64,000 nt of DNA from the human T2T-CHM13v2.0 reference genome, Homo sapiens, in NCBI RefSeq assembly GCF_009914755.1, contig NC_060947.1; one strand, written 5' to 3'. The translations under genes were made by a program, and so were the position numbers. Below, piece after piece: positions 13,546 through 30,309 of this stretch; positions within the stretch are counted from its first letter, which is position 1; each line of letters starts with the position of its first letter. The notes under the pieces are model-generated. The model searched no databases, had not been told where the DNA came from, and saw only the letters and a list, made by a program, of their open reading frames with translations.

Positions 13546-13555
13546 TTTTTAGATT

Positions 13556-14078
13556 AAGACTTTTTTATTGTATAATGTAAGCTGTGCAACATGATATTTT
13601 GATATACGTATACATAGTGAGGCAATTGTTACTTTTAAGCAAATTAACATAACAGTCATCTCATATAATTACCTTTCTTTTTCTTTCTTCTTTATTTTTT
13701 TTGTAGTAAGAGTACCTAAAACCTATTCTCTTAACAAATTTCCAGTACACAATACAATATTATTAACTATAGTAACTATAGACCCCATGCTACACATTAG
13801 ATCTCTAGATTTATTCATCCTATATAACCACACCTTTGTACCTTTTGACCTTCATCTCCCCACACCCCAACAACTGTTTCTATTCATTCAACTTTTTTTT
13901 TTAGATTCCACATATAAGTCAGATCATGCAGTGTTTTTCTTTCTCTGTCTGGTTTATTTCACTTAGCATAATGTCCTCTAGGTTCTCCATGTTGTCGCAA
14001 TTGACAGGATCTCCCTTTTTAATGCTGAATAATATTCGATTGTATATGTACACCACAATTTCCTTATCCATTCGTCAA
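13556..14078 (-). mobile_element. L1MA (about MA9/10) 3' end
   Basis: AATACAATATTATTAACTATAG...CATTAGATCTCTAG...TTAGATTCCACATATAAGT...TTATTTCACTTAGCATAATG. Confidence 0.85.
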
Positions 14079-14375
14079 CAATAGTCTGAAGTCCAGAAAA
14101 GACTGATGTTGCAGTTCAAATAGTCAGGCAAGAGGAGCCCCCTCTTACTCATGGGAGGCTTATGGGAGGGTAAGCCATTTTGATCTATACAGGCCTTCAA
14201 ATGATTGAATGAAGGCCACCCATACTGGAGAGGGCACTCTACTTTACTCATTCTGCCAATTCAATTGTTAATGTCATCCAGAAATATCCTTATGGAAACA
14301 CATAGAATAATGTTTGACCAAATATCTGGGCATCCCACGGCCCAGTCAAGTTGACACATAAAATTAACCACCACG
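14079..14375 (-). mobile_element. MLT2 5' LTR of the provirus (only about 300 bp retained)
   Basis: Colinear with 7600-7885, ending CCCAGTCAAGTTGACACATAAAATTAACCACCAC. Confidence 0.88.
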
Positions 14376-14457
14376 ATTTATGTATAGCAATATAAAGCAG
14401 CAAATAGATATTTTTTCTGGAGATCTGGTTGTTAAACATTTACCAGAACACCACTGG
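14376..14457 (+). mobile_element. MER63-type hAT transposon, piece 3 with right terminus
   Basis: CTGGTTGTTAAACATTTACCAGAACACCACTGG = MER63-type terminal inverted repeat. Confidence 0.8.
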
Positions 14458-14929
14458 ATGGAGAACAAGTATTTGGCTTCTGATAAGTTTATCCTGGTGG
14501 TAGGCAGGGTTTCTACCTCTAAAGCAGATGCTTCTCTTTGCTCTGGATCTTAGGAAAAATAAAACACCTCATATCTAGACACACTGGCAACCCCTTTGTC
14601 ATTTTACTTACAGTCAGAGAACAAGAACCTGCTGACACCTTATATCAATTAGGTGCCATATGCCTGTCAGTCAGTTGGTGAAAAAAACTGTCTTGTCCCT
14701 AGCTCTATTGATTGCAATCTTTTATAGAGCACTCCAGTTTAATGGAGATGGTAGCTGATATTTAGTCATTTTGTACCTATTTCACCCTTCCTTTCTTCTT
14801 CCTCTGCTTGACACAAATTTACCCTTGTACCTGACAAGACAAATAGCTTGGAAACATGAGTTGTCACTTGAACTTGAACGTAAAGATTTTAGGCTGGTAT
14901 TCAAATATTGAGTGAACATGTTATACCCT

Positions 14930-15390
14930 AAGCATTCTTAGGAGTATGGAGCATCTTATTCATTTTTATATTCCCCTAAAGGGTCAGGCTCATTGCCTGA
15001 ATGTAGTAAGTATTCAATATATATTCGCTAAATAAATGAGACCTCAAGGTGCATATGATTTGCCTACTGTCCAATGTCCTTTACCATGCTTATCTTGGCT
15101 TGCTCATGGTACATATTTTCTTTGATTTTAATTCCATGAAGACAAAACTTGTTGTCTCATATTCACCAAAATATTTCCTCACTGAGCACAGATTCCGGCA
15201 TAGAGCAAAAGTAGCTGGAAAAAATTTTATTGAGGAAATGAATGAACAAATAAACTTTGGGCAAGTTATTTAATCTCCCTGAACTCTTGTTTCCTAATAT
15301 GGAAAGTAGCATTACTAATCCCATTGTGCAAATATATGTATAAAGTTCCTAGAACGTTGCTTGGCACATAGCAGGTAATCAATAAATGTT
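14930..15390 (+). mobile_element. Two L2 3'-end fragments followed by a MIR
   Basis: TAGTAAGTATTCAATATATATTCGCTAAATAAATGA (L2 tail); TTTGGGCAAGTTATTTAATCTCCCTGAACTC (MIR core). Confidence 0.6.
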
Positions 15391-16433
15391 CATTTTCTTC
15401 CTTTCTTGTTCCCTTTGCCTCATCCTGACGATGTACCTGGATGCATATCCTATACCCATTTTCCATAATGACTTTGTTCTAGCAAGCAACCTAGTAAACC
15501 AAGCTATCAAGTGTCTGTTAATGGCCAATATCAATTTAATTCTCAGGGAATTTACAGATGAAAAACCTTCAAGATTCAAAGCTGTAAGTTGGAAAGAAAG
15601 GCTTTTCAGACCCCATGAGCAAAGTTAGAGGAAATATTTTGGGCTGAGGCATGATGCTTCTTAGAGTGTACAGTGTTCCAGCATGCTTTCCCTTATTCAC
15701 AAATGTAACTCTGTCACAGCTATTTTCTTTCTCAGGAGTGACCCCTGAAGATCTTTAGCACATAAGACCATGGGTTATGAGTTTTTTGGCTCGCCCACTC
15801 TAGGAAGTAAGAATGTTCAGAATTTTCACACTCTTAAAGCCAAGGTTTCAACTTCATATTGGACCAATTAAGACTTTCATGAATGAGCCTAACTCATTCA
15901 AGATAACTTTTGAGAAATTCATCTATTCATCTGCCTCTCATCTTAGATGTAGATTCTAGTTTTAGTTGTACCAAAGCTTATCTTGAGGCAATCCTGCAAC
16001 TTCTCTATGCAGTTCTCTCTCCATAAAGCAGATTTGTAAATATGAATCAAGAGAGAATTGGATAAAGAAAATGTGATGCTTTCACACAGTGGAATACTGA
16101 ACTGCAGTTAAAAGGAATGATCTAGATCTCAAAACGATGAATGAAGAAAGCAAGATGCATACTGTATGATATCTTTGAAACAAATTAAAACACACAAAAA
16201 TAATACTACATATTTTCACATATGTAGAAGTATCAAAATGTTCTGTAAGAAAATTCAGAAACCAATAACACTTTTTACCTTTGGGGGGAAAATGAAGGCA
16301 CAAGAAGGTTTCTTGGATTGGGAGAAAGTTGCCAGCTTTATCTGTAGTGTTCTATTCCGAATTAAAAATATTTTTATCTAGTTTTCTAAAATCAAGAACA
16401 TTCTATTTTTCTTTAAAAGGGACAGTTAGACTA

Positions 16434-16776
<343 letters not shown>

Positions 16777-18544
16777 AATTCTATGGCTTTAAGATACAAG
16801 GAGAAATTCAGTAGTGAAAGGTTGCAACAGTATCTCAAAATTCTCTTGAGATGGAGATGCACACTTCTCTGGGATAAATAGATCACGTTAAAATGGCCCC
16901 AAGACAGGGAGATAAAGAAGACAATCTCCAGGAGCCCACTTTGGGTAAATTTTTTTCTTGGGAGATCAGAGCAGACCACCTTTATTTCAACCCCGTGTGT
17001 CTATGAAAACAAGCAAAGATGTTCTCTTCAGCTCTCTTAAATGAATGATTGCTTTCTGGGATCCTGCATGAGCTATGTCTGGGCATCAGTGGAGGATCAG
17101 AAGTGCTTGGTTACCAGATGGCCTACTACAGAGAGATCGAATTGTCTCAGATATTTCCCACCATGGCATACTTCCATCTTTTGACAGAAAAATCAAGGAA
17201 AAATGTTTTCTCTGCAGAAATTCCTCGTGCGACTTACTTTTCTTTTATGCTAACTGCTGCTGCTAGTAGAAACTGCTCTAAGCAGAACTGCTTTATCTTT
17301 GATGGGTAGGCAAGGGCTTGTCTGAAATTAAAAGACCCAGACATCCGATTGCCACTGAATGAGGTAAAAGAGACAGAAAAATTGATCAGAAACTACTCTT
17401 TTACTCCCACCAGTTGTCTGTCTCTTTCCTCTTTCCTTCCTTGTGTCTCTATCTCTTCTAGGTCAGCAATGCAGGGCTGTTAGAGACCTTCAGTCCTGGA
17501 GATGCTCCCTTTCCCCTCTATACCAATTGCATTTGTTATACTCATTCCTGCCGGTACCACAGTGGTCATGCCAGTGGCTAGATGCATTTGGAATTCTTTC
17601 CCATTTTCCTCTGGGCCTACATCTAGCCCCTCCTTCAAGAAGCCTTCCCTGACCACCTCAGTACACAGTGACTGCTCTTTTCCCTGTACTCTTATGACTT
17701 ATTAGCTGAACCATACAGATTAATCTCTCATCATTTAGATAATGTTAACCTTCTTTCTCTATCATCCTATTTCATAAACAGGGCTGAGATTTAGACGAAT
17801 GGGGGACAGTGGCCAAAGGCAATGGTCCATCAAGGCTCAGATGTTCATACAATCCTTCACCACCATTTTTTTCTCCCACTTAGAGTGAAAATGTTAGGTT
17901 AACGTTTGGGTGGAGGACACCATGAGCAAATGAGCAAAGTAGATAGATGAATCAATTTGATAAAGAAAAGCCCTTTAGGGCTCCTGCACATCATTTTCTA
18001 AAAACCTGGCAGCAATCTATCACACCTAGGTCTATTCATCAAATAAATAATTTGATAGGTTTTTTTAAAAAAATGAATTTAGCTGCTGACTGGATATGCT
18101 ACCTTTGTCATAGCCTGGAAATCTCTCTACTGGGCAATATAGAGATTTTTTCAAAAGCTTATAAATACCAAGCCCATTTTTCCTAATACACAGGAGCCCA
18201 AAAAGATCCCTAGGGTTTCAGGCTATCTAATAAATAATCTACATCTTTTGTTTCTGAAAAGAAGAAATCAATCAGCCCAGCTGGCTTCTTAGATTAGCTT
18301 TCTAACTCAGAGAGAATTTATCATCACTCTTATTACTGTACTTAGCTTGGATGTCAGACTCAATTTAGGGTTCAGCACTGAGAATCACAAGTCACAGATC
18401 AGCTAACTGTGACATTAATCAAATGAATCCAGTATATGAGGGATAGAGCCAGTATGATCCTTTGGCAAGTAGAGACTTTCCCAAGTTACTACCTTGCACA
18501 TTCAAAAAAATAATTTGTGCTTGGGCACAGGGTAAGACTAGAAA

Positions 18545-18715
18545 ATGGTGGGAAGGAGGGCTTACAAAAGCATGGAAACTTTTGAAGGTGATGGATATTT
18601 CTATTTATCTTGATTGTGGTGATGGTTTCACAGGTGCATACATATGTCAAAACATATCAAGTTGCACACTTTAAATATTTTTACTGCATTTCAATTATAT
18701 CTCAAGAAAGCAGCT
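18545..18715 (+). mobile_element. L1ME-type 3'-end fragment
   Basis: TTATCTTGATTGTGGTGATGGTTTCACAGGTGCATACATATGTCAAAAC. Confidence 0.8.
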
Positions 18716-18800
18716 TTAAGCATTTGAAGATATACATTTTTTAAAATTGCATTTACTCATTGAGAAAAATTATCATATGGCATAATTTCTACCTTAACCC

Positions 18801-18922
18801 CAGTGGCTAAGATAACTGACTGTGGAGTTAGACAGACCTATGGCTGTCACTTACTAGCTGAATTTCTTTGAGGTTTTTATCCTCTTTAAATCTTATTCTC
18901 CCATCTGAAATATGGGAATTGT
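18801..18922 (+). mobile_element. MIR, 5' part (resumes at ~26015 and 26345-26415)
   Basis: CAGTGGCTAAGA...GGAGTTAGACAGACC...CACTTACTAGCTG...CATCTGAAATATGGG; 3' part AGGGTTAAATGAGATAATGCA at ~26371. Confidence 0.75.
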
Positions 18923-18931
18923 TTTTTAAAA

Positions 18932-18932
<1 letters not shown>

Positions 18933-18962
<30 letters not shown>

Positions 18963-19233
18963 TTGAGACTGAGTCTGGCTCTGTTGCCCAGGCTAGAGTG
19001 CAGTGGCACGATCTCAGCTCACTGTAACTTCTGACTCCCGGGCTCAGGCAATTCTCCTGCCTCAGCCTCGTGAGTAGCTGGGATTACAGGCACCTGCCAC
19101 CACACTAAGCTGATTTTTGTATTTTTAGTAGAGACAGGGTTTCACTGTGTTGGCCAGGCTTGTCTCAAACTCCTGACCTCAAGTGATTCATCACCTTGGC
19201 CAAAGTGCTGGGATTACAGGTGTGTGCCCAGCC
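18933..19233 (-). mobile_element. AluS SINE with (ATT)n tail
   Basis: Reverse-complement Alu dimer with small deletions near its 5' end. Confidence 0.92.
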
Positions 19234-19462
19234 TTTAAAATTATTATTATTATTATTTATTATACTTTAAGTTCTAGGGTACATGTGCACAACGTGCAGG
19301 TTTGATACATAGGTATACATGTGCCATGTTGGTTTGCTGTACCCATCAACTCATCATTTACATTAGGTATTTCTCCTAATGCTATCCCTCCCCCAGCCCC
19401 CCACCCCCTGACAGGCCCCGGCGTGTGATGTTCCATGCCCTGTGTCCAAGTGATCTCATTGT

Positions 19463-23383
<3,921 letters not shown>

Positions 23384-23446
23384 TATGATATTAGCTGGTT
23401 ATTTTGTCCGTTAATTGATGCAGTTTCTTCTTAGCATCGATGCTCT

Positions 23447-24463
23447 TTACAATTTGGCATATTTTTGCAGTGGCTGGTACCGGTTGTTTCTTTCTATGTT
23501 TAGTGCTTCCTTCAGGAGCTCTTGTAAGGCAGGCCTGGTAGTGACAAAACCTCTCAGCATTTGCTTGTCTGTAAAGGACTTTATTTCTCCTTCACTTATG
23601 AAGCTTAGTTTGGCTGGATATGAAATTCTGGGTTGAAAATTCTTTTCTTTAAGAATGTTGAATATTGGGCCCCACTCTCTTCTGGCTTGTAGGGTTTCTG
23701 ACGAGAGATCTGCTGTTAGTCTGATGGGCTTTCCCTTGTGTGTAACTCGACCTTTCTCTCTGGTTGCCCTTAACACTTTTCAACCTTGGTGAATCTGACA
23801 ATTATATGTCTTGGGGTTGCTCTTCTCAAGGAGTATCTTTGTGGTGTTCTCTGGATTTCCTGAATTTGAATGTTGGCCGGCCTTGCTAGGTTGGGGGAAG
23901 TTCTCCTGGATAATATCCTGAAGAGTGTTTGCCAACTTGGTTCCATTGTTCCCATCACTTTTAGGTACACCAATCAAACATAGATTTGGTCTTTTCACGT
24001 TGTCCCATATTTCTTGGAGGCTTTGTTCATTTCTTTTTACTCTTTTGTCTCTAACCTTGTCTGCTTGCTTTATTTCATTAATTTGGTCTTCAATCACTGA
24101 TACCCCTTCTTCCACTTGATCGAATCGGATATTGAAGCTTGTGCATGCGTCACGAAGTTCTCATGCCATGGTTTTCAGCTCCATCAGGTCATTTAAGGTC
24201 TTCTCTACACTGTTTATTCTAGTTAGCCATTTGTCTAATCTTTTTTCAAAGTTTTTAGCTTCCTTGCAATGGGTTCAAACATCCTCCTTTAGCTCAGAGT
24301 AGTTTGTTATTACTGACCTTCTGAATCCTACTTCTGTCAACTCATCGAAGTCATTCTCTGTCCAGCTCTGTTCTGTTGCTGGCTAGGAGCTGCAATCCTT
24401 TGGAGGAGAAGAGGCACTCTGATTTTTAGAATTTTCAGCTTTTCTGCTCTGGTCTCTCCCCAT
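23447..24463 (-). pseudogene. L1 ORF1, disrupted
   Basis: ATG at 24463; RNEQSLQEIWD.VKRPNL and ARREWGPIFNILKEKNFQPRISYPAKLSF in different frames. Confidence 0.93.
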
Positions 24464-24795
24464 CTTTGTGGTTTTATCTACCTTTGGTCTTTGATCCTGA
24501 TGACCTCAGTTTGAAATGCAGAAATCATCCATCTTCTGTGTCAATCATGCTGGGAGCTGCAGACCAGAGCTGTTCCTAATTAGCCATCTAAAATTATTTT
24601 TAATTTTTAATTGATACATAATAGTTGGACATATTTATTTATATGTATGTTTATGGGGTACATGTGATATTTTGATATATGTATACAATGTCTAATAATA
24701 AAATCAAGGCAATTGGGATATCTACCACCTCAAACTTATCATTTCTTTATGTTGGGAATGCTGTATATATTCTCTTCCAGCTATTTAAAAATATA

Positions 24796-25210
24796 TAGTC
24801 ATACTTCAGTATATGTGAAGGGTTGGTTCCAGGACCCTTGTATTCCAAAATCCAAACATCCTTCTGTCTGCAGTCAGCCCTGCCAAACCCACAGATACAA
24901 AAAGTCAGCCCTCTGTATCCACGGATTCTCAAATACTGTACAGTTGACTCATTAACAATATGGGTTTGAACTGCATGGGTCCACTTATACACACATTTTT
25001 TTTCCAACCAATCATGGGTCAGAAATACAGTATTCACAGGATACAAAACCTGCACTTTTTAAATATGGGGTTCCACAGGGCCAGCTTCAGGACTTCAGCA
25101 TGTGTGGATTTTGGTACATGTGAACATACTGGAACCAACTCCCCATGCATACCAATGGATGAACGTATGTTCAGTCTGAGTTTGGTTGGAAAAAAATCAA
25201 GGGTTAATTG
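24796..25210 (+). mobile_element. MER8 (TcMar-Tigger MITE), outer copy, interrupted at 24940/25168
   Basis: GGTTGGTTCCAGGACCC...CCAAAATCC...CAGTCAGCCCTGC...AATACTGTA / TTTGGTTGGAAAAAAATCAAGGGTTAATTG; TA flanks. Confidence 0.75.
24941..25165 (-). mobile_element. MER8, inner copy in opposite orientation
   Basis: CAGTTGACTCATTAACAATATGGGTTTGAACTGCATGGGTCCACTTATAC...GGAACCAACTCCCC; TA duplication 24939-40 / 25166-67. Confidence 0.78.
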
Positions 25211-25271
25211 TACAATGAATTGTTAATTATATATAGTCTCCTGACAGTGCTATTGAACACTATAAGTTATT

Positions 25272-25536
25272 TATTTTATTTTATTTTACTTTAAGTTCTG
25301 GGATACATGTGCAGAACATGCAAGTTTTTTACCTAGGTATACATGTGCCATGGTGGTTTGCTGCACCTATCAACCCACCATCTAGGTTTTATGCCCCACA
25401 TACATTAGGTATTTGTCCTAAAGCTCTCCCTCCCCTTGTGCCCCAACCCCTGACAGTTCCCAGTGTGTGATGTTCCCCTCTCTGTGTCCATGTGTTCTCA
25501 TTGTTCAACTCCCACTTATGAGTGAGAACATGCAGT
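25272..25536 (-). mobile_element. L1PA (about PA8) 3'-end fragment
   Basis: TTAAGTTCTGGGATACATGTGCAGAAC...; perfect 16-bp TSD AACACTATAAGTTATT (25256-25271 / 25537-25552). Confidence 0.92.
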
Positions 25537-26027
25537 AACACTATAAGTTATTATTCCTTCTATCTAACTGTAGTTTTGTATGTGTTCACCAACCTCTCCA
25601 CACACCCTAGTCCCCCCTGCCCTTTCTAGCCTCTTGGAAACACTATTTTACTCACTACCTCCATGAGATGAATTTTTTTTTTACTCCCACGTATGAGTGA
25701 GAACATGGGATATCTGTCTTTCTGTGCCTGGCTTATTTCGCTTAACATAATGCCCTCCAGTTCTATCCATGTTGCTGCAAATGACAGGATTTCATTCTTT
25801 TTCATGGCTGAAGAGCATTCCTTTGTGTATATGTACCATATTTTCTTTGTCCACTCATCTGTTGATGAGCACTTAGATTGACTCCATACCTTGACTATTG
25901 TGAATGGGGCTGCAGTAAACATGGGAGTGCAGTATCTATTTGATATACTGATTTCCTTTCTTTTTGGTATGTACCCAGCAGTGGGACTGCTAGATCATGA
26001 AATAGGGGAATTGTAATTAGAGTATCT

Positions 26028-26360
<333 letters not shown>

Positions 26361-26824
26361 TCATATTTTCAGGGTTAAATGAGATAATGCACAGGAAGCA
26401 CTTTGCACGGTATAGTTGTTTAGGACAAATTAAATCTTAAAGAAATGGCAGCTATTATTTTACCTGCCACTGTGATATTAATCTTGTCTTGGATGAAAGC
26501 ATACCAGATTTAGAATCACCAGCAGATTTCTAAAACAGTTTATTGCAGTCAATCAGCAACCTTTATTAGACACTCACTTGTGGGGAGATGCCCATAAGTA
26601 ACACCACTGGAAAGTAGCAAGATAAGCAAATCAGGGCCCCAACCTCAGTGAGCTTATAAAATAAATGGGAGAGAAGGAACATACGTTTGAATGAGATGGT
26701 ACCAAAGCACGTACAGAAATATACAAAGAAGTACAAATTTAAGTGTTAGAAACAATTCAAATATAGGTGAGTAGATGATCTGGACAGGGTTCACTGGGGA
26801 GCACAGCAGGAGAATTTAACCTCC

Positions 26825-27070
26825 TGGGGAGCAGCGTGGGCTTTGGAGTCAAACAGATGTGTGTTTGCGTCCCACTGCTACCACATTTGAGCTAGGAGAG
26901 CCTGGGCATGTCACCAAACCTTTCAGACCCCCAGTTTTATACATGGAAATACTAATATCTTCTTCCTAGGGTTGTTGCGACGATTAGATGATGTAATACA
27001 TTGCCAACACTTAGGATAGGTACATCCTGTCCTACAACATGTAGATACCTACAACATGGTAAGCACCTAA
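26825..27070 (+). mobile_element. MIR
   Basis: GGCTTTGGAGTCAAACAGATGTG...GGGTTGTTGCGACGATTAGATGA...ATGGTAAGCAC. Confidence 0.75.
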
Positions 27071-27554
27071 CAAAAATGCAAGCAATTTCTATCAGTATAT
27101 CTCCTAATCTCAGGTTTCCTTATCACTTTTGTTCCCATATATTTCTACCACATTTGATGGTAGATTTCTGTGAAAGAATCCTAGGGCGATTTCACTGACC
27201 AAAGCCTCCTGATTTGCCTGGCAGTGTGTCAGAGTCTCAGCAAGCCTGATAAATTCTGCCCTTTTGAATGCCACTTAACCATTCTAGTGGATAATTAGAG
27301 CTAACACTTACATGGTGCTATGACACAACATTTTTGTGTCAAATAATATTGGACATTTTAGAGAGTACTCACTGGCCCAAATCTTTCTGTGCCCAGGCTA
27401 CCAATTTATATTCAGAATCAAGCTCTTGTAAATGTCAAGTACATTCTTGCAGTTTTTCAGGCCAAAAAACTTTGAGTCATCTAGCAGTTAGATCCCTAGT
27501 TTTCACCCAGGTGGTCCAGCTTTGCTCCTGTTGTGGGAATACTGGCCTGGTAAA

Positions 27555-27805
27555 GAGGCAGTAGAATGAAGTGCTTTGAACTCAGACTCTCAAGCATAAT
27601 TTCCTGGGTTGGAAACACAGCTTCACTACTTATCAGCTGTGAGACCTCAAGAAACTTGCCTCTCTGTGCCTTAGTTTCCTCAGCTGAGAAATGGAGGTAA
27701 TACCATACACACATACATTATTGGGTTGTAGTGAGAATTACATAAGTTAAGAATGCAAAGTGCTTGGAACACAGGAAGTGCTCAAAACATGTTATCTATT
27801 ATTGA
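27555..27805 (+). mobile_element. MIR
   Basis: CTCTCTGTGCCTTAGTTTCCTCAGCTGAGAAATGGAGGTAATA core. Confidence 0.78.
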
Positions 27806-27817
27806 TTAAAAAGTAAG

Positions 27818-28130
<313 letters not shown>

Positions 28131-28149
28131 TCAAATTAGATGGAGATTT

Positions 28150-28655
28150 TTGTTTGTTTTGTTCACTGCTATATCCTAAGCACATAAAACAGTACTTGGC
28201 ACATAGTAGGTGTTCAGTAAATATTTGTTGAATAAAAAATGAATCCTTGATTTCTTTTCTCTCGCACGTCACGTTCTACTTTCAAAATATATCTAAGATC
28301 CAATCAGGTTTTACTGCCTTCTCTGCTACCATCTGGTCAATAATTTCCATCTCCTTTCACCTGAATTATCACAATAGTCTCCTAACTGGCCTGGCTGCTT
28401 CTGTCCTTTATACCCTGCAACCTGCTCACACATCACCCCTCCTCCACACATTTTTTTCTTCAAACAGTACTGAAAGTGATCTGTTTTCAAAACAAGTTAG
28501 ATCACACTGCTCCTCTGCTCAAAACCATCCCATGGCTCCCAGCCTACTCACAGGAATGGACAAAAATTTTCACTGACCTGGTCTTAGCTACGTCTATGAC
28601 TTCATCTTCGATTACCTTCCCCTTTGCTTACTGGGTTCTAGTCACACTGGAACAG
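28150..28655 (+). mobile_element. L2 fragments
   Basis: GGCACATAGTAGGTGTTCAGTAAATATTTGTTGAATAAA tail; AATAGTCTCCTAACTGG...CTCCTCTGCTCAAAACCATCCCATGGCTCCC. Confidence 0.78.
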
Positions 28656-28666
28656 AATCAGCATTT

Positions 28667-28800
28667 TTTTGGGGGGTGGGGCATACAGGGTCTCACTGTG
28701 TTGCCCAGGCTGGTCTCAAACTCCTGAGCTCAAGTGATCCTCCAGACTCAGTCTCCTACTGAGTAGCTGGGACTACAGACCTGATCCACCACACCCAGCT
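28667..28800 (-). mobile_element. FLAM/FAM monomeric Alu
   Basis: Single Alu arm; TSD AGAATCAGCATTT (28654-28666 / 28801-28813). Confidence 0.85.
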
Positions 28801-29424
28801 AGAATCAGCATTTCTTTTATGCACCAAACACATACTCCTGCTCTTTCTTTTTCTCGTTCTTTCTTATTGCCTGGACTATGGCATTAAACATACAAACAAA
28901 CCAACTCCAAGCTACTTAGAGCTGAAGCAGCCTATTGTCTTGATTTTTAATGCAGAATTCACTAGAGAGTTGAGGTATAAGTAGCTCTATCACATGTAGT
29001 ACCATGTTCCAAGACTGTTGGACTCTTGACAGGGTATTTTTCAAATTTGACAAAAATTGGACAGGTACCCCGCATGTCTTAGAAGCATCAAAAAGTAAAT
29101 ACACAACATGCTTTAAACAATCTTTCATTTGTTTTAATATATTTAGGATTGGGAGCAAGCAATCAATCAGAATGTCTACGTGTAGAAATTGGAAACATAA
29201 ACATTGTGACCAACCATTGCATTCTAATAAGCTTGAATGCAAACAGAATAATTACATGGAAGCACTTTTCTACTCTATCTAGGTCCCCCTCCTACCTCAA
29301 AGAGTTCAGTAGGAGCCAGTTGTTCTAAGACCTCTAAGAGCAGAGCATGTTAATAACTGCCCCCTCTCCCTGGAGACTTGATTAAGACTAGGGGCTGCTT
29401 ATGTGGGTATTCATTTCTCAGAGA

Positions 29425-30260
29425 GAGAGTGAGTACCTACTGCTAGCCAAGCATTGGGCTAGGTATTGCGTATATAATGGTGAGCAAAAACAGACGTGAT
29501 GCTTGCTTTCTTGGAATTTGTGGTCTTATGTGTGAGGCAAACATTAATCAAATAATTCAAAAAACATTACAGAGTACACAATTATAAACGAAGATAAATA
29601 TTCTGAAGGCAAGGAATACAGTTCTAAGGAGGTATATACTATAATGGGGAGTGAATTATGGCCTCCATGAAGCAATATCACTTAAGCTGAGATTTGAAGG
29701 GTCAGTAGGAGTTAAATGATCCATCAGAAAAGAACTGCTTTCCAAGTAGAAAGAACAGAATGTCCAAGGTGCTGTGGAGGACTAAAAGCAAGGCCAGGGT
29801 GGCTGGAGTACACAGAGCAAGGAAGTGATAGGAGGTGAGGCTAGAGAGTTTGACTCGGGTGTTTCTTAATGTGAGTGCCATTGGCTTTGGGGTGAGACAG
29901 TTTTCCATAGGGGTGGGGAGTGCTGGTTTGCATATGCAAGGTTGTAGGAGGTTTAGTGTCCTGGTCCCTGCACACTAAATGGTAATACTGCCCCCCTTGG
30001 TATTTATGACAACCAAAATGTCCCCAAACTTCCAAATACTCCCCAGTTAAGAACCACTGAATATGGGGGCATATAAGTCATTTAAGGATTTAGGGTTTTA
30101 TTCTACAAGCAAGAGGGGAGCAATGAGAAAAAGTTTAAGCAGAGGGACAAAGTGATTCAATTTATATTCTGAAAAGATCATTCTGGCAACAGTGCAAAAA
30201 TGGAGGGTTTCCCCAGAGATCCTCACTAAGAAGGTTGTTGTTAAAATGCAACGGCTACCT
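29425..30260 (-). mobile_element. L2, interrupted by a MER117/MER20-like hAT MITE at ~29855-30059
   Basis: GAGTACCTACTGCTAGCCAAGCATTG...TAAGCTGAGATTTGAAGG (L2); GACAACCAAAATGTCCCC...GTTAAGAACCACTG (MITE end). Confidence 0.7.
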
Positions 30261-30309
30261 AGGCAATCTCTCACCAGTTACTAATAGTAAAGTTTTAATG
30301 CATTTGTAA

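Larger units (their letters stand above)
7886..13555 (-). mobile_element. ERV-L (HERV-L/ERVL-type) internal region: degenerate gag-pro-pol-dUTPase, no env
   Basis: Protease DTG motif, RT YIDD (11015-11026), integrase and dUTPase remnants in ERV-L order; 5-bp TSD ATCTA (7180-7184) / ATTTA (14376-14380) around the whole provirus. Confidence 0.92.

Noticed and set aside
7886-13555. Domesticated ERV-L gag or dUTPase gene
   Set aside because: All frames are interrupted by stops and frameshifts; catalytic and zinc-finger motifs are partly destroyed
17049-17309. 86-aa ORF in unique sequence as a possible exon
   Set aside because: No recognisable protein similarity and no convincing splice-site pair; length is within chance expectation
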